A stretch of DNA of 64,000 bases from an uncultured Gammaproteobacteria bacterium (GCA_963714975.1 CAVQQD010000002.1:224001-288000), one strand, 5' to 3'; shown: positions 26,801-38,538, counted from the first letter of the stretch. The notes: generated by a model not told the origin, from the sequence alone. Program-made: numbers and translations.

Positions 26801-29800
26801 ATCATCATCAAATATGGAATATGTATGGTCCAACAGAAACTACCATTTGGTCATCCTGTTGCTTATTACAGGCTGGTAAAGTTAATCCTCCACCAATTGG
26901 AAAACCACTAGCAAATACTCAATTTTACGTGCTAGATCCCCTTACAAATCCTGTACCTATTGGAGTTACCGGTGAGTTATACATCGGAGGAGATGGTCTA
27001 GCACGAGGTTATTTAAATCTTCCTGATTTAACTGCCGAACGTTTTGTCATCAATCCATTTCAAACAGAAAATCAGAAAAAGCACGGGAAAAATGCTCGCC
27101 TATACATGACCGGTGATTTAGTGCGTTATTTACCTGATGGCAATATTGAATACATTGGGAGAAATGATTTCCAAGTTAAAATCCGCGGCTTTAGAATTGA
27201 GTTGGGTGAAATTGAAAATAAATTAATAGCCTATCCAAAAATAAAACAAGCGGTAGTGTTAGTTAAGGAACATCAAACAAACAACGGAAAATACCTCGTG
27301 GGTTATTATGTGGCAGACCAGCCACTCGATGAAAACGCTGTATTAGATTATCTGCATCATCAACTTCCTGAATACATGGTGCCTAGTGTCTTGGTTTATT
27401 TAACCCAACTACCTTTAACCATCAGTGGGAAATTAGACCGTAGCGCATTACCTGATCCAGAATTGAGTAAAATCACTGAATATGTACCTCCTCGCAATGA
27501 TTTAGAACGAAAAGTCTGTGAGATCTACGCAGCAGTTTTAGGTTTACCACCTACTTCTGTGGGCATTCGGGATAATTTCTTTCGCTTAGGGGGTAATAGT
27601 ATTTTAGCTATTAAGCTCGTCAGCCAATTAAATAAGCAAATTTTTTCTGACCCCTCTTTTCAAGTAGGAAAATTAATTCAAGTCGCTGAAATTTTTCGGC
27701 ATAAAACTATCTTAAGTTTATTAGACAGTCTTTTAAGCGAAGACGAAAGCGAGACCATCATTATTCCTAGCCAAGGACCTATCCAAAAAGCAGGTTTATC
27801 TTTTGCCCAAGAACGTTTATGGTTTATTGAACAGTATGAAGTTGGAAGCAATGCCTATAATATTCCATTGTTGAAAAAAATACCTGCACAAGTCGATGCT
27901 CGATTGTTGGCACAAGCGTTACTCTCGGTTGTATCCCGCCATGAAGTATTACATAGTTTGATCAAGACTGATAGTCAGGGTAATGGTTATCAAGAAGTTA
28001 TCGACTTAAATAGTTCACCATTTAACATCGCTTATCACTCGTTCTCTGATTCTGCCGCACTTAAAAAATATATTGATACCGAAATCAATCATATTTTTAA
28101 TTTAAATAGCGAATATCCCATTAGAATTCAGCTCCTAACCCAACAAGATACTGCAACAAACTATTTGTTGATCGTGGTACATCACATCGCGTTTGATGGT
28201 TGGTCAATTGAAGTATTTATGCGTGATCTGCAAGCGCTTTATCAGCACGAGCCCTTGCCAGAATTAACCATTCAATATAAAGATTTTTCCATTTGGCAAA
28301 GGAATTATTTAACTGGAGAACGCCTAGCCCATCAATTAAATTATTGGAAAAATAAACTTAGTGATTATGCTGGATTACATCTACCCACCGATAAACCAAG
28401 ACCTCCTGAAATTAGTTACCTAGGCAACGATGTTTATTTTAGTATTGATCCAAAGACTAGCACTCAATTAAGAGAAATTGCTAAAAAGCTAGGCATCAGT
28501 TTATACAGTGTATTACTGGCCGGATTTAATTTGCTACTAAGAAGCTACAGCAATCAAGATGATATAGTCATAGGCACTCCCATTGCCAACCGCCACCATC
28601 AACAACTCGAAGATCTTATCGGATTTTTTGTCAATAGTCTGGCTCTGCGCAGCCAAATAAATCCCGAGCACGCATTGAATCATTACCTAGAAGAAATGGG
28701 TCGTGATGTGATCGAGGCACAACTGCATCAAGATTTACCCTTTGAAAAATTGGTAGAAGAACTGGAAATTCCCAAGGATCGCAGCCGTCATCCCCTGTTC
28801 CAAGTCATGTTTGGAGTACAAAGTTTTGCAACTACAACAGCTGAATTATTGGAGCCTGCTTCTTTCACACTGAATTATCCTGTAGCGAAGTTCGATTTAA
28901 GTGTTTTTCTCGATGATAGCTACGCCGAATTAAGGGGAAAATTTAATTATGCGGAGAGTTTATTTACGAAAGAAACCATCAATATTCTCATTGCCACCTA
29001 TCAACGTATTTTGTCACAATTGGCATATGAGCCATTGCTACTAATAAAAAACTTAAGTTATCTCGATGCCACGAGTTATCAAAAAATTATTTATGAGTGG
29101 AACCAAACGGAAAAAGATTACCCTGCTGATAAAACTATTCAGCAACTATTTGAAGAGCAAGTGGCACGAACCCCTGAAAATATTGCCGTAGTTTATGAAA
29201 ATACTCAGCTTACCTACCACGAACTCAATAGCAAAGCCAACCAACTCGCGCATTATCTACAACAAACCTATCAGCCACAAGCCGATGATTTAATTGCGCT
29301 ATGCTTGGATCGCAGTGAACAGATGATCATTACCATTTTAGCTGTGTTAAAAGCTGGTGCTGCCTACGTACCCATCGATCCTGGTTATCCTGAAGAACGC
29401 ATCCATTATATTTTGCAAGATACTGCCACCAAGCTAGTGCTGACTAATGCCAGACATCAAGATAAATTAACTCATATAATCGACGGTGGGGGTGGTTATC
29501 AATTGCCGATCCATATCGAAGCCATCGACAGCCCTAATTTACAAAACCAATTAAATGCTTATCAAGAGACTAATCCCATACTACATATCCATAGTAATAA
29601 CTTAGCTTATGTCATTTACACCAGTGGCACTACTGGGAATCCAAAAGGAGTGATGATTGAACATAAGAACGTTGTGAACTTAGCTGTAATGCAAGCCAAG
29701 GAATTTAGTTTATCGACACAATCGATAGATAACGCAAAAATTCTAAATTGCTTAGAATATGCAAATTATGTGTTTGATGCGCATGTTTGGGAATTATTCA

Positions 29801-31682
29801 CAGTGATAAGTAATGGACATATCCTACATATAGCAAGTGATAGAATACGTCCAGACATAGAGCTATTATCAGAATATATTAATCTTCATAAAATTTACCT
29901 AGCAACCATACCACCCGCATTATTATCGGTAGATACTTTATTGCCACTGAGCATTTTAGTAGTTGCCGGAGAAAAAACAACAAAGATATATTGAAGTTTT
30001 ACCGAAATAATCAAATAGCTGTAGTCAATGGTTATGGACCTACAGAATCGACAGTCTGCGCCACATTAAATCACTATCATGAAAATGATTTAAGTACCGA
30101 CATTGGGAAACCAATCGCTAACATTACAATCTATATTTTAGATATCTATTTAAACCCAATACCGATTGGCGCGATAGGTGAACTGTACATCGGAGGAGCC
30201 GGGCTAGCCCGCGGCTATTTAAATCTTCCTGATTTAACTGCCGAACGTTTTATCCCCAATCTATTTCAAACAGAAGACGAAAAGAAATTTGGAAAAAATA
30301 CACGCCTCTATAAGACCGGTGATTTAGTGCGTTATCTTCCTGATGGCAATCTCGAATATATCGGCAGAAATGATTTTCAAGTTAAAATCCGTGGTTTTAG
30401 AATTGAGCTGGGTGAAATTGAAAATAAATTAATAGCCTACCCAGAAATAAAACAAGCGGTAGTGTTAGTTAAGGAACATCAAACAAACAACGAAAAATAC
30501 CTTGCGGGCTACTATGTTGCAGACCAACCACTCGATGAAAACGCTATGTTAGATTATCTACATCATCAACTTCCTGAATACATGGTGCCTAGTGTCTTGG
30601 TTTATTTAACCCAACTACCTTTAACCATCAATGGGAAATTAGATCGTAGCGCATTACCTGATCCAGAATTGAGTAAAATCACTGAATATGTACCTCCTCG
30701 CAATGATTTAGAACGAAAAGTCTGTGATATTTACGCAGCAGTTTTAGGTTTACCACCTACTTCTGTGGGCATTCGGGATAATTTCTTTCGCTTAGGGGGT
30801 AATAGTATTCTTGCAGTCAAATTAATCGCACTATTAAATAAAAAGTGTAATACTTATTTAAAAGTTGCAGAATTGTTTAGTTCTAAATCTATTCTAGATT
30901 TAATAAAACTAATAACAACAATGCGTATAAAATATAAGACCATTGTAAAGCTTAATAATGCTAAAAATAAACCATTAATGTTAATGATCCATCCAGGTAA
31001 TGGTGGGTGTGAAGTTTACGCAGATTTAGCAAAACGCTCGTCCAATTTTTATGCTTGTTATGGCATAGATAATTATAACTTATATCATAGAGATAAATTT
31101 CAAACGCTGCACAGTCTATCTAATTACTACTTAAGTCTTATAGAAAAACAATTTGACTTAAACAACAAACAAACTGAAATCATATTATTTGGGTGGTCAT
31201 TAGGGGGTTTAATTAGTCTTGAAATAGCCAATATCCTAGAGCAACGTAGTCATACTCGCATAAGAGTTTATTTATTAGATACTATTATCGACGACGAACA
31301 ATTGACACAACTAAAACAATTAAATGAAAAAATAATTAAAAAACAAATTTATGAATATTTTAAGAAAAATTATAATAAAAATTATGCACGAAAAATCATT
31401 GATAACTTTAGTATCGAAGAAAAAATAGGTCATGAAAAGATTTCTGATTTTTTGCGTTATACAAAAATAACTTTATTCAAAGCCATGCAGAAAGATACCA
31501 CAATTGAAGCAACTGCTTCAATTGGTGAATATATCGAAAATTTACCCTACAACAATGTAGACAAAATTGTACGCGATCTTTCTCAACTGACGGTTGTTAA
31601 TGTCGAGCAGGCTAATCACTCAAACATTCTGAAATTTCAGGAAATATTGTTACAGCACTTAGTTAGTCCAAAAATTCTCTAA
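11815..31682 (+). CDS. NRPS gene 2: docking-C-A(Ile)-T-E-C-A(Thr)-T-E-C-A(Gly)-T-C-A(Gly)-T-C-A(Phe/aromatic)-T-TE; apparent 1-nt frameshift at ~29985
   Basis: 6059-aa ORF plus 563-aa ORF; adding one A restores EKTTKDILKFYRNN. E domains HHLLIDAVSW follow GGDSI T domains, and DCL-type C domains carry HHAILDGWS. TE motif GWSLGG. Codes DGFFYCVVFK, DFWNIGMVHK, DILQLGMIWK (twice), DAWTVAGVCK. Confidence 0.92.
14431..22805 (+). repeat. Near-identical ~3.7 kb direct repeat (14431-18125 and 19111-22805; period 4680 bp) covering A C-terminus-T-E-C
   Basis: Line-by-line identity at offset 4680 with only scattered substitutions. Confidence 0.95.
23117..29326 (+). repeat. Near-identical ~3.0 kb direct repeat (23117-26122 and 26321-29326; period 3204 bp) duplicating the Gly module
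   Basis: Identity at offset 3204, checked at 23141/26345 and 24001/27205. Confidence 0.95.
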
Positions 31683-31760
31683 TTCCTTGAGGAAGTTTGA
31701 TTTGGGTCTTAGCCTTATAACGCATCTCATATACCTATCCGATGCACATAAATCGGTCAG

Positions 31761-31987
31761 CAATTCTCGCTGAAACCCTATTCCCCGACGGGTCCTGCCG
31801 CGGCACCCCACCGTGCTCGTAGCATCATATCCCTTCTCCCACAATGCTTTTTTGTGGGAGAAAAGGTGGCCGCCAGGCCGAATGAGGGTGTTTGAAATGG
31901 CTATAAGAAGGGATATGATGCTACTGCGCGCGATGGGGTCCCCGCCTCCACGTCACCCGCCGGTGTAATGACGGAGCAGGAGAATTG
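31761..31987. repeat. Palindromic element family A with a family-B element nested in its loop
   Basis: Outer arms CCGACGGGTCCTGCCGC...CACCCC and GGGGTCCCCGC...GTCACCCGCCGG are shared with 56925-57081; perfect 19-bp inner stem 31819-31837/31906-31924. Confidence 0.85.
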
Positions 31988-32058
31988 TTGCTTTTTTTTG
32001 ATCTCATTGATCCGTGATAAGGCTTCAGTGGGAATTGCTGACCGAGTGCATCGGATAG

Positions 32059-32108
32059 CTCCCACAAGGGGAGAAGGAAAATCTACCCACTCGATTCTAC
32101 ATAGAACC
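32059..32108. repeat. 50-bp repeat identical to ~61668-61717 (family-B half plus tail)
   Basis: CTCCCACAAGGGGAGAAGGAAAATCTACCCACTCGATTCTACATAGAACC at both sites. Confidence 0.85.
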
Positions 32109-32185
32109 AAAATTATTTTATTGAAAATTGATTTTTGCATGATACAGTGGCCAGTAATATTTAAGGTTTTTAAAAGGAGATAGGA

Positions 32186-32923
32186 TTGCAAACTTTAACA
32201 ATCAGTGGTGGTTCTTCTGGCATTGGTTTAGCCACTGCCAAACGCTTTGCCCAAGCGGGTTATCGTATTTTTAACTTAGACGTCCAAGAGCCCTGGGAAG
32301 AGATTCCATCGGCAATTTATATTCCTTGTGATGTTTCACGCGTTAGTGAGATCAAAGAGGCAGTTGACAAAATTACGCAACAAACCTCTCGCGTCGATGC
32401 CTTAGTGTGCAATGCTGGCATTCACTTATCGGCCAATGTACAGCAAACCTCCGAAGAGGATTTTCAACGCGTGATGGATGTAAATTTCAAAGGTTGTTTT
32501 TTTCTCACTCAAGCCATCCTGCCCTTGATGATTCCTCATCGCCGAGGCGCTATTGCCTATTTGGGTTCCGATCAAAGCCTTATCGCCAAGACCAATTCGG
32601 CTGCATACGGAGCCAGTAAAGCGGCGCTGGCCAGTCTTGCCAAAACTACGGCCATTGATTATGCCTCAGTAGGCATCCGCGCTAATTTAATCGCCGCTGG
32701 CACGATTGATACTCCGCTCTATCGATCGGTCATACAACGCTATTGCCAACGCACTGGGGCCGATTTTAATGTGGTCAATCAAGCAGAAGCCGACCTCCAA
32801 CCTCTTGGCCGGCTTGGCACTACAGCAGAAGTCGCTGAGCTAATTTATTTCCTCTGCAGCGAACAGGCTGGCTTTATTACCGGCGCTGTTTATCCGATAG
32901 ATGGGGGTTACACCGCGAGATAA
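32186..32923 (+). CDS. SDR family NAD(P)-dependent oxidoreductase
   Basis: SGGSSGIG, CNAG, YGASK and IDGG motifs; TTG start after AGGAG. Confidence 0.92.
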   Translation: MQTLTISGGSSGIGLATAKRFAQAGYRIFNLDVQEPWEEIPSAIYIPCDVSRVSEIKEAVDKITQQTSRVDALVCNAGIHLSANVQQTSEEDFQRVMDVNFKGCFFLTQAILPLMIPHRRGAIAYLGSDQSLIAKTNSAAYGASKAALASLAKTTAIDYASVGIRANLIAAGTIDTPLYRSVIQRYCQRTGADFNVVNQAEADLQPLGRLGTTAEVAELIYFLCSEQAGFITGAVYPIDGGYTAR

Positions 32924-32996
32924 TATGAAGTGGTTCTGGCCTGTGGGGGCACCTTCTCCCGCAGAAAGACACTGCGGGATTTCTGCAGAAGGATGG

Positions 32997-33566
32997 TTAA
33001 ATCACCTGTGTCTCATACAAGAACCAAGTACGACGCTCAGTTTCGTCAATGAACACTTCTAAGAGACTAGCAGTACCCACATCATTATGATCAGCACACA
33101 CTTGATGGGCAGCACGCAGTCGCGCTGTTAGCGCTTTATTTTCTTCCATCAACCGATGAATCATTTCTGGGGCTTCGACCAGGGCATCATTATCGTCAAC
33201 CACACTTTGTAATTGTCCAATATGTTGAATGGAATGGATGGTTAAGCGTCCTAATTTACGTATTCGTTCAGCTAAGGCATCAATCATGGCAAAAATTTGT
33301 CCAGCTTGTTCATCGAGCAATAAGTGATAATCACGATAATGACTACCCGACATATGCCAATGGTAATTTTTAGTTTTCACAAACAAAGCAAAGGCATCTG
33401 CCACCAAAGGATTCACAGCTGCCGCAATATCATTGCGCGCTTTTTCGCCAAGATCGCTAGGAGTGGCCAACTTACTTGGGACCCCGACAAATATAGATTG
33501 TGGTTGTTTCATAATAGCACTCCCATAGATATCAGTTTCGAGTTGAGAAAATAATAAGTCAGACAT
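32997..33566 (-). CDS. dps: Dps family DNA starvation/stationary phase protection protein
   Basis: KTKNYHWHMSGSHYRDYHLLLDEQ, DALAERIRKLG and DETERRTWFL motifs. Confidence 0.92.
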   Translation of the reverse strand: MSDLLFSQLETDIYGSAIMKQPQSIFVGVPSKLATPSDLGEKARNDIAAAVNPLVADAFALFVKTKNYHWHMSGSHYRDYHLLLDEQAGQIFAMIDALAERIRKLGRLTIHSIQHIGQLQSVVDDNDALVEAPEMIHRLMEENKALTARLRAAHQVCADHNDVGTASLLEVFIDETERRTWFLYETQVI

Positions 33567-33870
33567 TTTACCTCCTTGTAATAAGAAAATTATAGCCCTT
33601 TATTTACTTGATTGCTAAAATTTTATCTCATTTATTTGGTATTGCAAGGCAACCCTTAATAAATCCCTAATTTTTATCTGTTAAAGTAAGCAGAAAAATT
33701 AACCTTAATCCATTAATGGGACAAATTTTTATGGTTGAGACAGCACATCAACAGGCTGACGGTGGGACTTTTATGGTGGGGGTTATAGTCCCAGGAATAT
33801 TGTTAGGTGTTGGAATTCACTATGCGATAAGTAGCGTTAAAAATAGTATTGACCCCCATAGGAAAAATTT

Positions 33871-34941
33871 ATGCGTCACTTAATAATAAGGTCAGTTTTA
33901 TTCCTTTGTATAACAACTAGTGCACTTGCTGAAGAAAGATTGATTTTTGCGGTTGATGTTCTTCGTCATGGTGATAGAACACCTACAATAAATATTCCTA
34001 AAGCACCTTATCATTGGAAGGAGGGGTTAGGACAATTGACCGCCAAGGGTATGCAGCAAGAATATTTCCTTGGTGCTAATTTAAGGAAAATTTATGTGGA
34101 CAAGTATCACTTGCTTCCGTCCCATTATGCTGTTGAAACTTTGTATGTGCGATCTAGCGATGTGGATCGTACTCTTATGAGTGCGCAATCTTTCTTGATG
34201 GGATTGTACCCGCTAGGAACTGGACCTAGCTTGTCTAAATCAAGAATCCCAGCCTTACCTCAATTATTTCAACCCATACCAATTCATACGATTGCAAAAG
34301 ACCAAGATAATTTGCTGATAACATGGACTAAGTCGCCGGTATTTAAAGAATATTTAAAAAAATATGTTTATTCGACTGCTGAATGGAAAGAGAAAACGAC
34401 TAAATTGACTCCAAAATTTACAAAATGGAGTCAAGCAACGGGTATTAAGATTACCGAACTTTTTCAGCTTATCTCTTTGGGAGACACCTTATATATTAAC
34501 CAACTTTATCAGGTACCGTTACCTGCAGGACTTACGTCTAAAGATGCTCAAGAAATAATTGATGCGGGTCGATGGGCGTTTACGACTGCGTTTAAATCCC
34601 AGGAGATAGGTAAAAATACAGGGAATACACTACTTAGGACAATTGCTAATTATCTACAAGAGGTGGCCGTGGGAAAGACTCAAATAAAATATTTATTATT
34701 TTCTTCACACGATAGTACACAATTAAGCTTAATGAGTGCCATGGCGGCTCCTTTGAAGGAGGTTCCACCCTATGCTGCAGATTTAAATTTTTCTTTATTC
34801 GAGCATGGAAAGAATACTTATTATGTAAAAATTTATTTTAATGGGAAAAAAGTCATCATCCCTGGTTGCAATAAAAGTAATATTTGCTCTTTAGCAGAGT
34901 TTAATGCATTAATTAACCTAAAAAAAGCAGTTGAACTATGA
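33871..34941 (+). CDS. Secreted histidine acid phosphatase (Legionella Map-like)
   Basis: Signal peptide; RHGDRTP, RSSDVDRT and SHDS motifs. Confidence 0.9.
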   Translation: MRHLIIRSVLFLCITTSALAEERLIFAVDVLRHGDRTPTINIPKAPYHWKEGLGQLTAKGMQQEYFLGANLRKIYVDKYHLLPSHYAVETLYVRSSDVDRTLMSAQSFLMGLYPLGTGPSLSKSRIPALPQLFQPIPIHTIAKDQDNLLITWTKSPVFKEYLKKYVYSTAEWKEKTTKLTPKFTKWSQATGIKITELFQLISLGDTLYINQLYQVPLPAGLTSKDAQEIIDAGRWAFTTAFKSQEIGKNTGNTLLRTIANYLQEVAVGKTQIKYLLFSSHDSTQLSLMSAMAAPLKEVPPYAADLNFSLFEHGKNTYYVKIYFNGKKVIIPGCNKSNICSLAEFNALINLKKAVEL

Positions 34942-36632
34942 GAATAATGCGACCCTTATAACAAAATTACAGGGGAAATCGCATGAAACTACCTCCGGCT
35001 CCTCTTCACCCAACGGGTGAACTGCCACAAGACTTAAAAGAAGAAAATTTATTAGCCAAAAATGTCTCATTAGCCCTAGATACTTTTGGTGGTCGCATCT
35101 ATGTGGAATGGGATCCTCAAGCTGCTGTAACTCCGCTAGGACAATTGGCATTTTTTATTGAATTTTTAAAGATTGGAAATTTATTTAACCCTTGGGTTGA
35201 AGATTGTCCATTGTAATTAGTAAGTCCCAACGCTCCTTCAAATCGTGACATTTTAGGTACGCTGTTATTAGCTGTTTTAGCAGGTCATAGTCGCTATGCT
35301 CATATCACTACATTGCGTTGTGATGGAGTAAATCCAGATTTATTGGGTATGAAAAAAATAGTGAGTGAAGATTCACTCCGGCGTGCTTTTGTAAAAATGG
35401 AAGAAGAAGCTGGAATAGTATGGCTACAAAAACATTTAAATAAATGTTATGTGCCATTGCTGAGTGTGCCATGGATATTAGATGTTGATACAACAGTTAA
35501 AGTACTTTATGGAAAACAGGAAGGAGCTGTATTGGGTTATAATCCAACAAAACCTGGCCGCCCTTCTCATACCTATCATTCCTATTTTATCGCCAATTTA
35601 CGTTTAGTACTGGATGTTGAAGTACAGCCTGGTAATCAAATGGCATCCAGTTATTCGGCGCCTGATTTATGGGAATTATTAGATCGTATTCCGCGTGCAC
35701 AGTGGCCTCAATTTTTGCGAGGTGATTGTGCTTTTGGTACAGATGGTGTGATGAAAATTGCTGAAGAAAAGCAAATACCCTATTTATTTAAATTGAAATC
35801 AACGAAGAATGTAAAGCGTTTAATAGAAGAAGTAAAAATGGTTCGTCAAGATTGGTATTTTGCTGATCAGGGCTGGGAAGGGACTGATGCCTTATTGAAA
35901 TTAGATGGTTGGGAAAGATCGCGTCGAGTCATCGTGTTGAGAAAAAAAATACAAAAAAATTTAATGCTTATTTCACAACATGCAGGAACAAAACAATTAG
36001 AGATATGTTTTGGTGAGGTTGATGATAAAACCTATGTTTATGAATACGCTGTATTAGTTACTTCATTACCGGATGAAATACTGACTATTGCGCAACATTA
36101 TCGCGATCGTGCGGACAGTGAAAATATATTTGATGAATTGAAAAATCAATGGGGTTGGAGCGGGTTTACAACCCAAGACATGAAGCGTTGCCGCTTTATG
36201 TCGCGCGTGGTTGTCTTCTTATTTATAATTGGTGGAATATATTTGCTCGCCTGGCAGAACCTGACAAACATTTAGAAGCTATTACGAGTCGTCCCTTATT
36301 ATTGCATGCTATGGCAAAACAAACTGTCCATGCAAGACAAACACACATTGTTATCAGCAGCACGCATGGAAATATTAATAAAGTTCAAATGTTATTAAGC
36401 CGCGTGGTGAAATTTTTTAAAGGATTAAAAAAAGATGCGGAGCAGTTAACACATGATCAATGTTGGTATCGAATTTTGAGCCAAGCAGTAGGAAAATATT
36501 TAAATGGAAAGTCGCTGCAGCCACCACTTGGTTTATCAGCACCCACATAAAATTGAAAAAAAGGTACTTTGTTGGAAGATATTTGATCAGAGTTTTATCG
36601 GTTAAGGAAGTCCTTCAACTGCCGTTTTTAGA
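34917..36632 (+). mobile_element. IS1380-family element
   Basis: Imperfect IRs CCTAAAAAAAGCAGTTGAA and TTCAACTGCCGTTTTTAGA; TTAA duplicated at 34913-34916 and 36633-36636. Confidence 0.8.
34983..36550 (+). pseudogene. IS1380-family transposase, inactivated (in-frame TAA at 35214, frameshift ~36212)
   Basis: ILDVDTT, LRGDCAFG and YRDRADSENIFDELKNQWGW motifs spread across three ORFs. Confidence 0.85.
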
Positions 36633-36663
36633 TTAAGTAGCTTTTTTAAAAAGAGGAGTTTTT

Positions 36664-36960
36664 ATGACTGAGATACAGCAAGAGGGTGACTGTAACAAAA
36701 ATACTGCCCATTGGGTTGTTGGAATATTTGGAACACCATTATGTTGGGCTGGTGGATTTTCCTTTGAAGTCAAAGGAATCTGGGGCGCTTCAGTACCTTG
36801 TTATGTAGGGGTTGTGCTTTGTATGGCAGTACTTGCCTACACTGAATATAACAGGCGTAAAAATTTACCGGCTGCAGATAATAGCCCACAAGAGCCTAAT
36901 GTTGATAAGGTCAGTGATCAGGACCCCCTCCCTACAACACCCTTATCGATAAATAACTAG
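36664..36960 (+). CDS. Small orphan membrane protein (2 TM)
   Basis: AGAGGAG RBS and ATG; two hydrophobic segments followed by a polar tail. Confidence 0.6.
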   Translation: MTEIQQEGDCNKNTAHWVVGIFGTPLCWAGGFSFEVKGIWGASVPCYVGVVLCMAVLAYTEYNRRKNLPAADNSPQEPNVDKVSDQDPLPTTPLSINN

Positions 36961-37020
36961 GGCGGGGGGGCGCCCCCTATAATTCCTTCTCCTGGTGGGA
37001 GAAGGTGCCCGGGGATTCTT

Positions 37021-38285
37021 TTACTTCTCCATATGCCTAATAATCGCCTCGCCAAATTCACTGCTACCCAATAAAGTCGCGCCTGGGATGAGTCGTTCAA
37101 AATCATAAGTGACAGTTTTCGCTGCAATGGCGCCGCTAATGCCTTTGATAATTAAATCAGCAGCTTCTTTCCAACCCAGATATCGCAGCATCATTTCCGC
37201 TGATAAAATCAAGGAACCAGGATTAACCTTATCTTGGCCGGCATATTTAGGCGCTGTGCCGTGAGTGGCTTCAAAACAAGCCGCTCGATCACCCATATTA
37301 GCCCCGGGGCAATACCAATACCGCCCACCTGGGCTGCTAAGGCATCTGAAATATAATCGCCATTTAAGTTTAAAGTCGCAATCACGCTATATTCTGCCGG
37401 ACGCAATAAAATTTGCTGTAGAAAAGCATCGGCAATCATATCTTTAATCATAATTTCTTGCCCATTGTGAGGGTTTTTGATCACATGCCAAGGGCCCGCC
37501 ATCTAAAGGAGTTGCGCCAAATCGTTCGCGGGCAATAGCATATCCCCATTCCTTAAATGCACCTTCAGTGAATTTCATGATATTGCCTTTATGCACCAGC
37601 GTAACGGAATCGCGTTGATTATCGATGGCATATTGAATGGCGCGGGTGACTAGACGTTGCGTGCCTTCTTTTGAAACTGGTTTTACGCCAATACCGCAGT
37701 GCTGGGAAAACGAATTTTCGTCACCTTCATTTCATTGTTGTAAAAAATGAATGACTTTTTTTGCTTCAGGGGAGTCGGCTGGCCATTCAATCCCAGCATA
37801 AATATCTTCAGAATTTTCTCGGAAAATCACCATATTGGTCTTTTCTGGTTCTTTTAACGGGCTGGGAGTGCCGGGAAAATAACGAACTGGGCGTAAGCAA
37901 ACATACAAATCTAAATCTTGACGCAATGGCCACATTTAACGAACGAATGCCCCCGCCCACCGGTGTAGTAAGAGGGCCTTTAATGCTGATGACAAATTCA
38001 CGTAAGGCTTCTAAGGTTTCTTCCGGCAACCATATGTCCTGGGCCATAGACATGGGTGGATTTTTCTCCAGCATAAATTTCCATCCAAGCAATTTGCCTT
38101 TCACCGCCATATGCTTTAGCAATAGCCGCATCCACTACCTTGCGCATAGGGGGGGTAATATCCACGCCAATACCATCGCCCTCAATAAAAGGAATGATTG
38201 GTCGATTGGGGACATTTAAACTAAGTTCTTGATTAATGGTAATTTTTTCACCATGAGCAGGAACGATAACTTTTGAATAGGACAT
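37021..38285 (-). CDS. icd: NADP-dependent isocitrate dehydrogenase (about four frameshifts; sequencing error or pseudogene)
   Basis: Fragments [55 protein letters not shown] and [12 protein letters not shown]. Confidence 0.9.
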
Positions 38286-38538
38286 CTTGGCAGGCTCCAG
38301 AAAAGTGGTTAGAGCAGAGAATGATACTATAGAGCTGTCCTATTAAAAATAGCTATTTGGCATGAAATTTTCATAATTTAGACTAATGTTATACATGGGT
38401 GGCCAGAAGAGGATTGGTGGTATCAGGTAGAAGACAGTATGAAAGCATAGAGTGGCTGAGCAAGGGGGCATGTAATCTGACCAATAAAACTACACTCTTG
38501 AGTGCAATTAGGAAGATTGGCTGAGAGCAAGCAAGAGG

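Noticed and set aside
29960-30000. Programmed frameshift or genuine split of the last A domain
   Set aside because: A single missing A restores a normal A domain, there is no clear slippery site or stimulator, and similar indels are common in this window.
31659-32191. Short ORFs 31659-31844, 31901-32191 and 31968-32183
   Set aside because: They are translations of palindromic repeats and intergenic DNA with no protein features.
32186-32923. SDR as an NRPS tailoring enzyme
   Set aside because: It is separated from the NRPS by ~500 bp of repeats, is a generic SDR, and the TE-terminated line needs no reductase; a link cannot be supported from sequence.
33716-33862. Possible small membrane-protein gene upstream of the phosphatase
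   Set aside because: No clean ORF of convincing length or recognisable motif; it could be a relic but cannot be supported.
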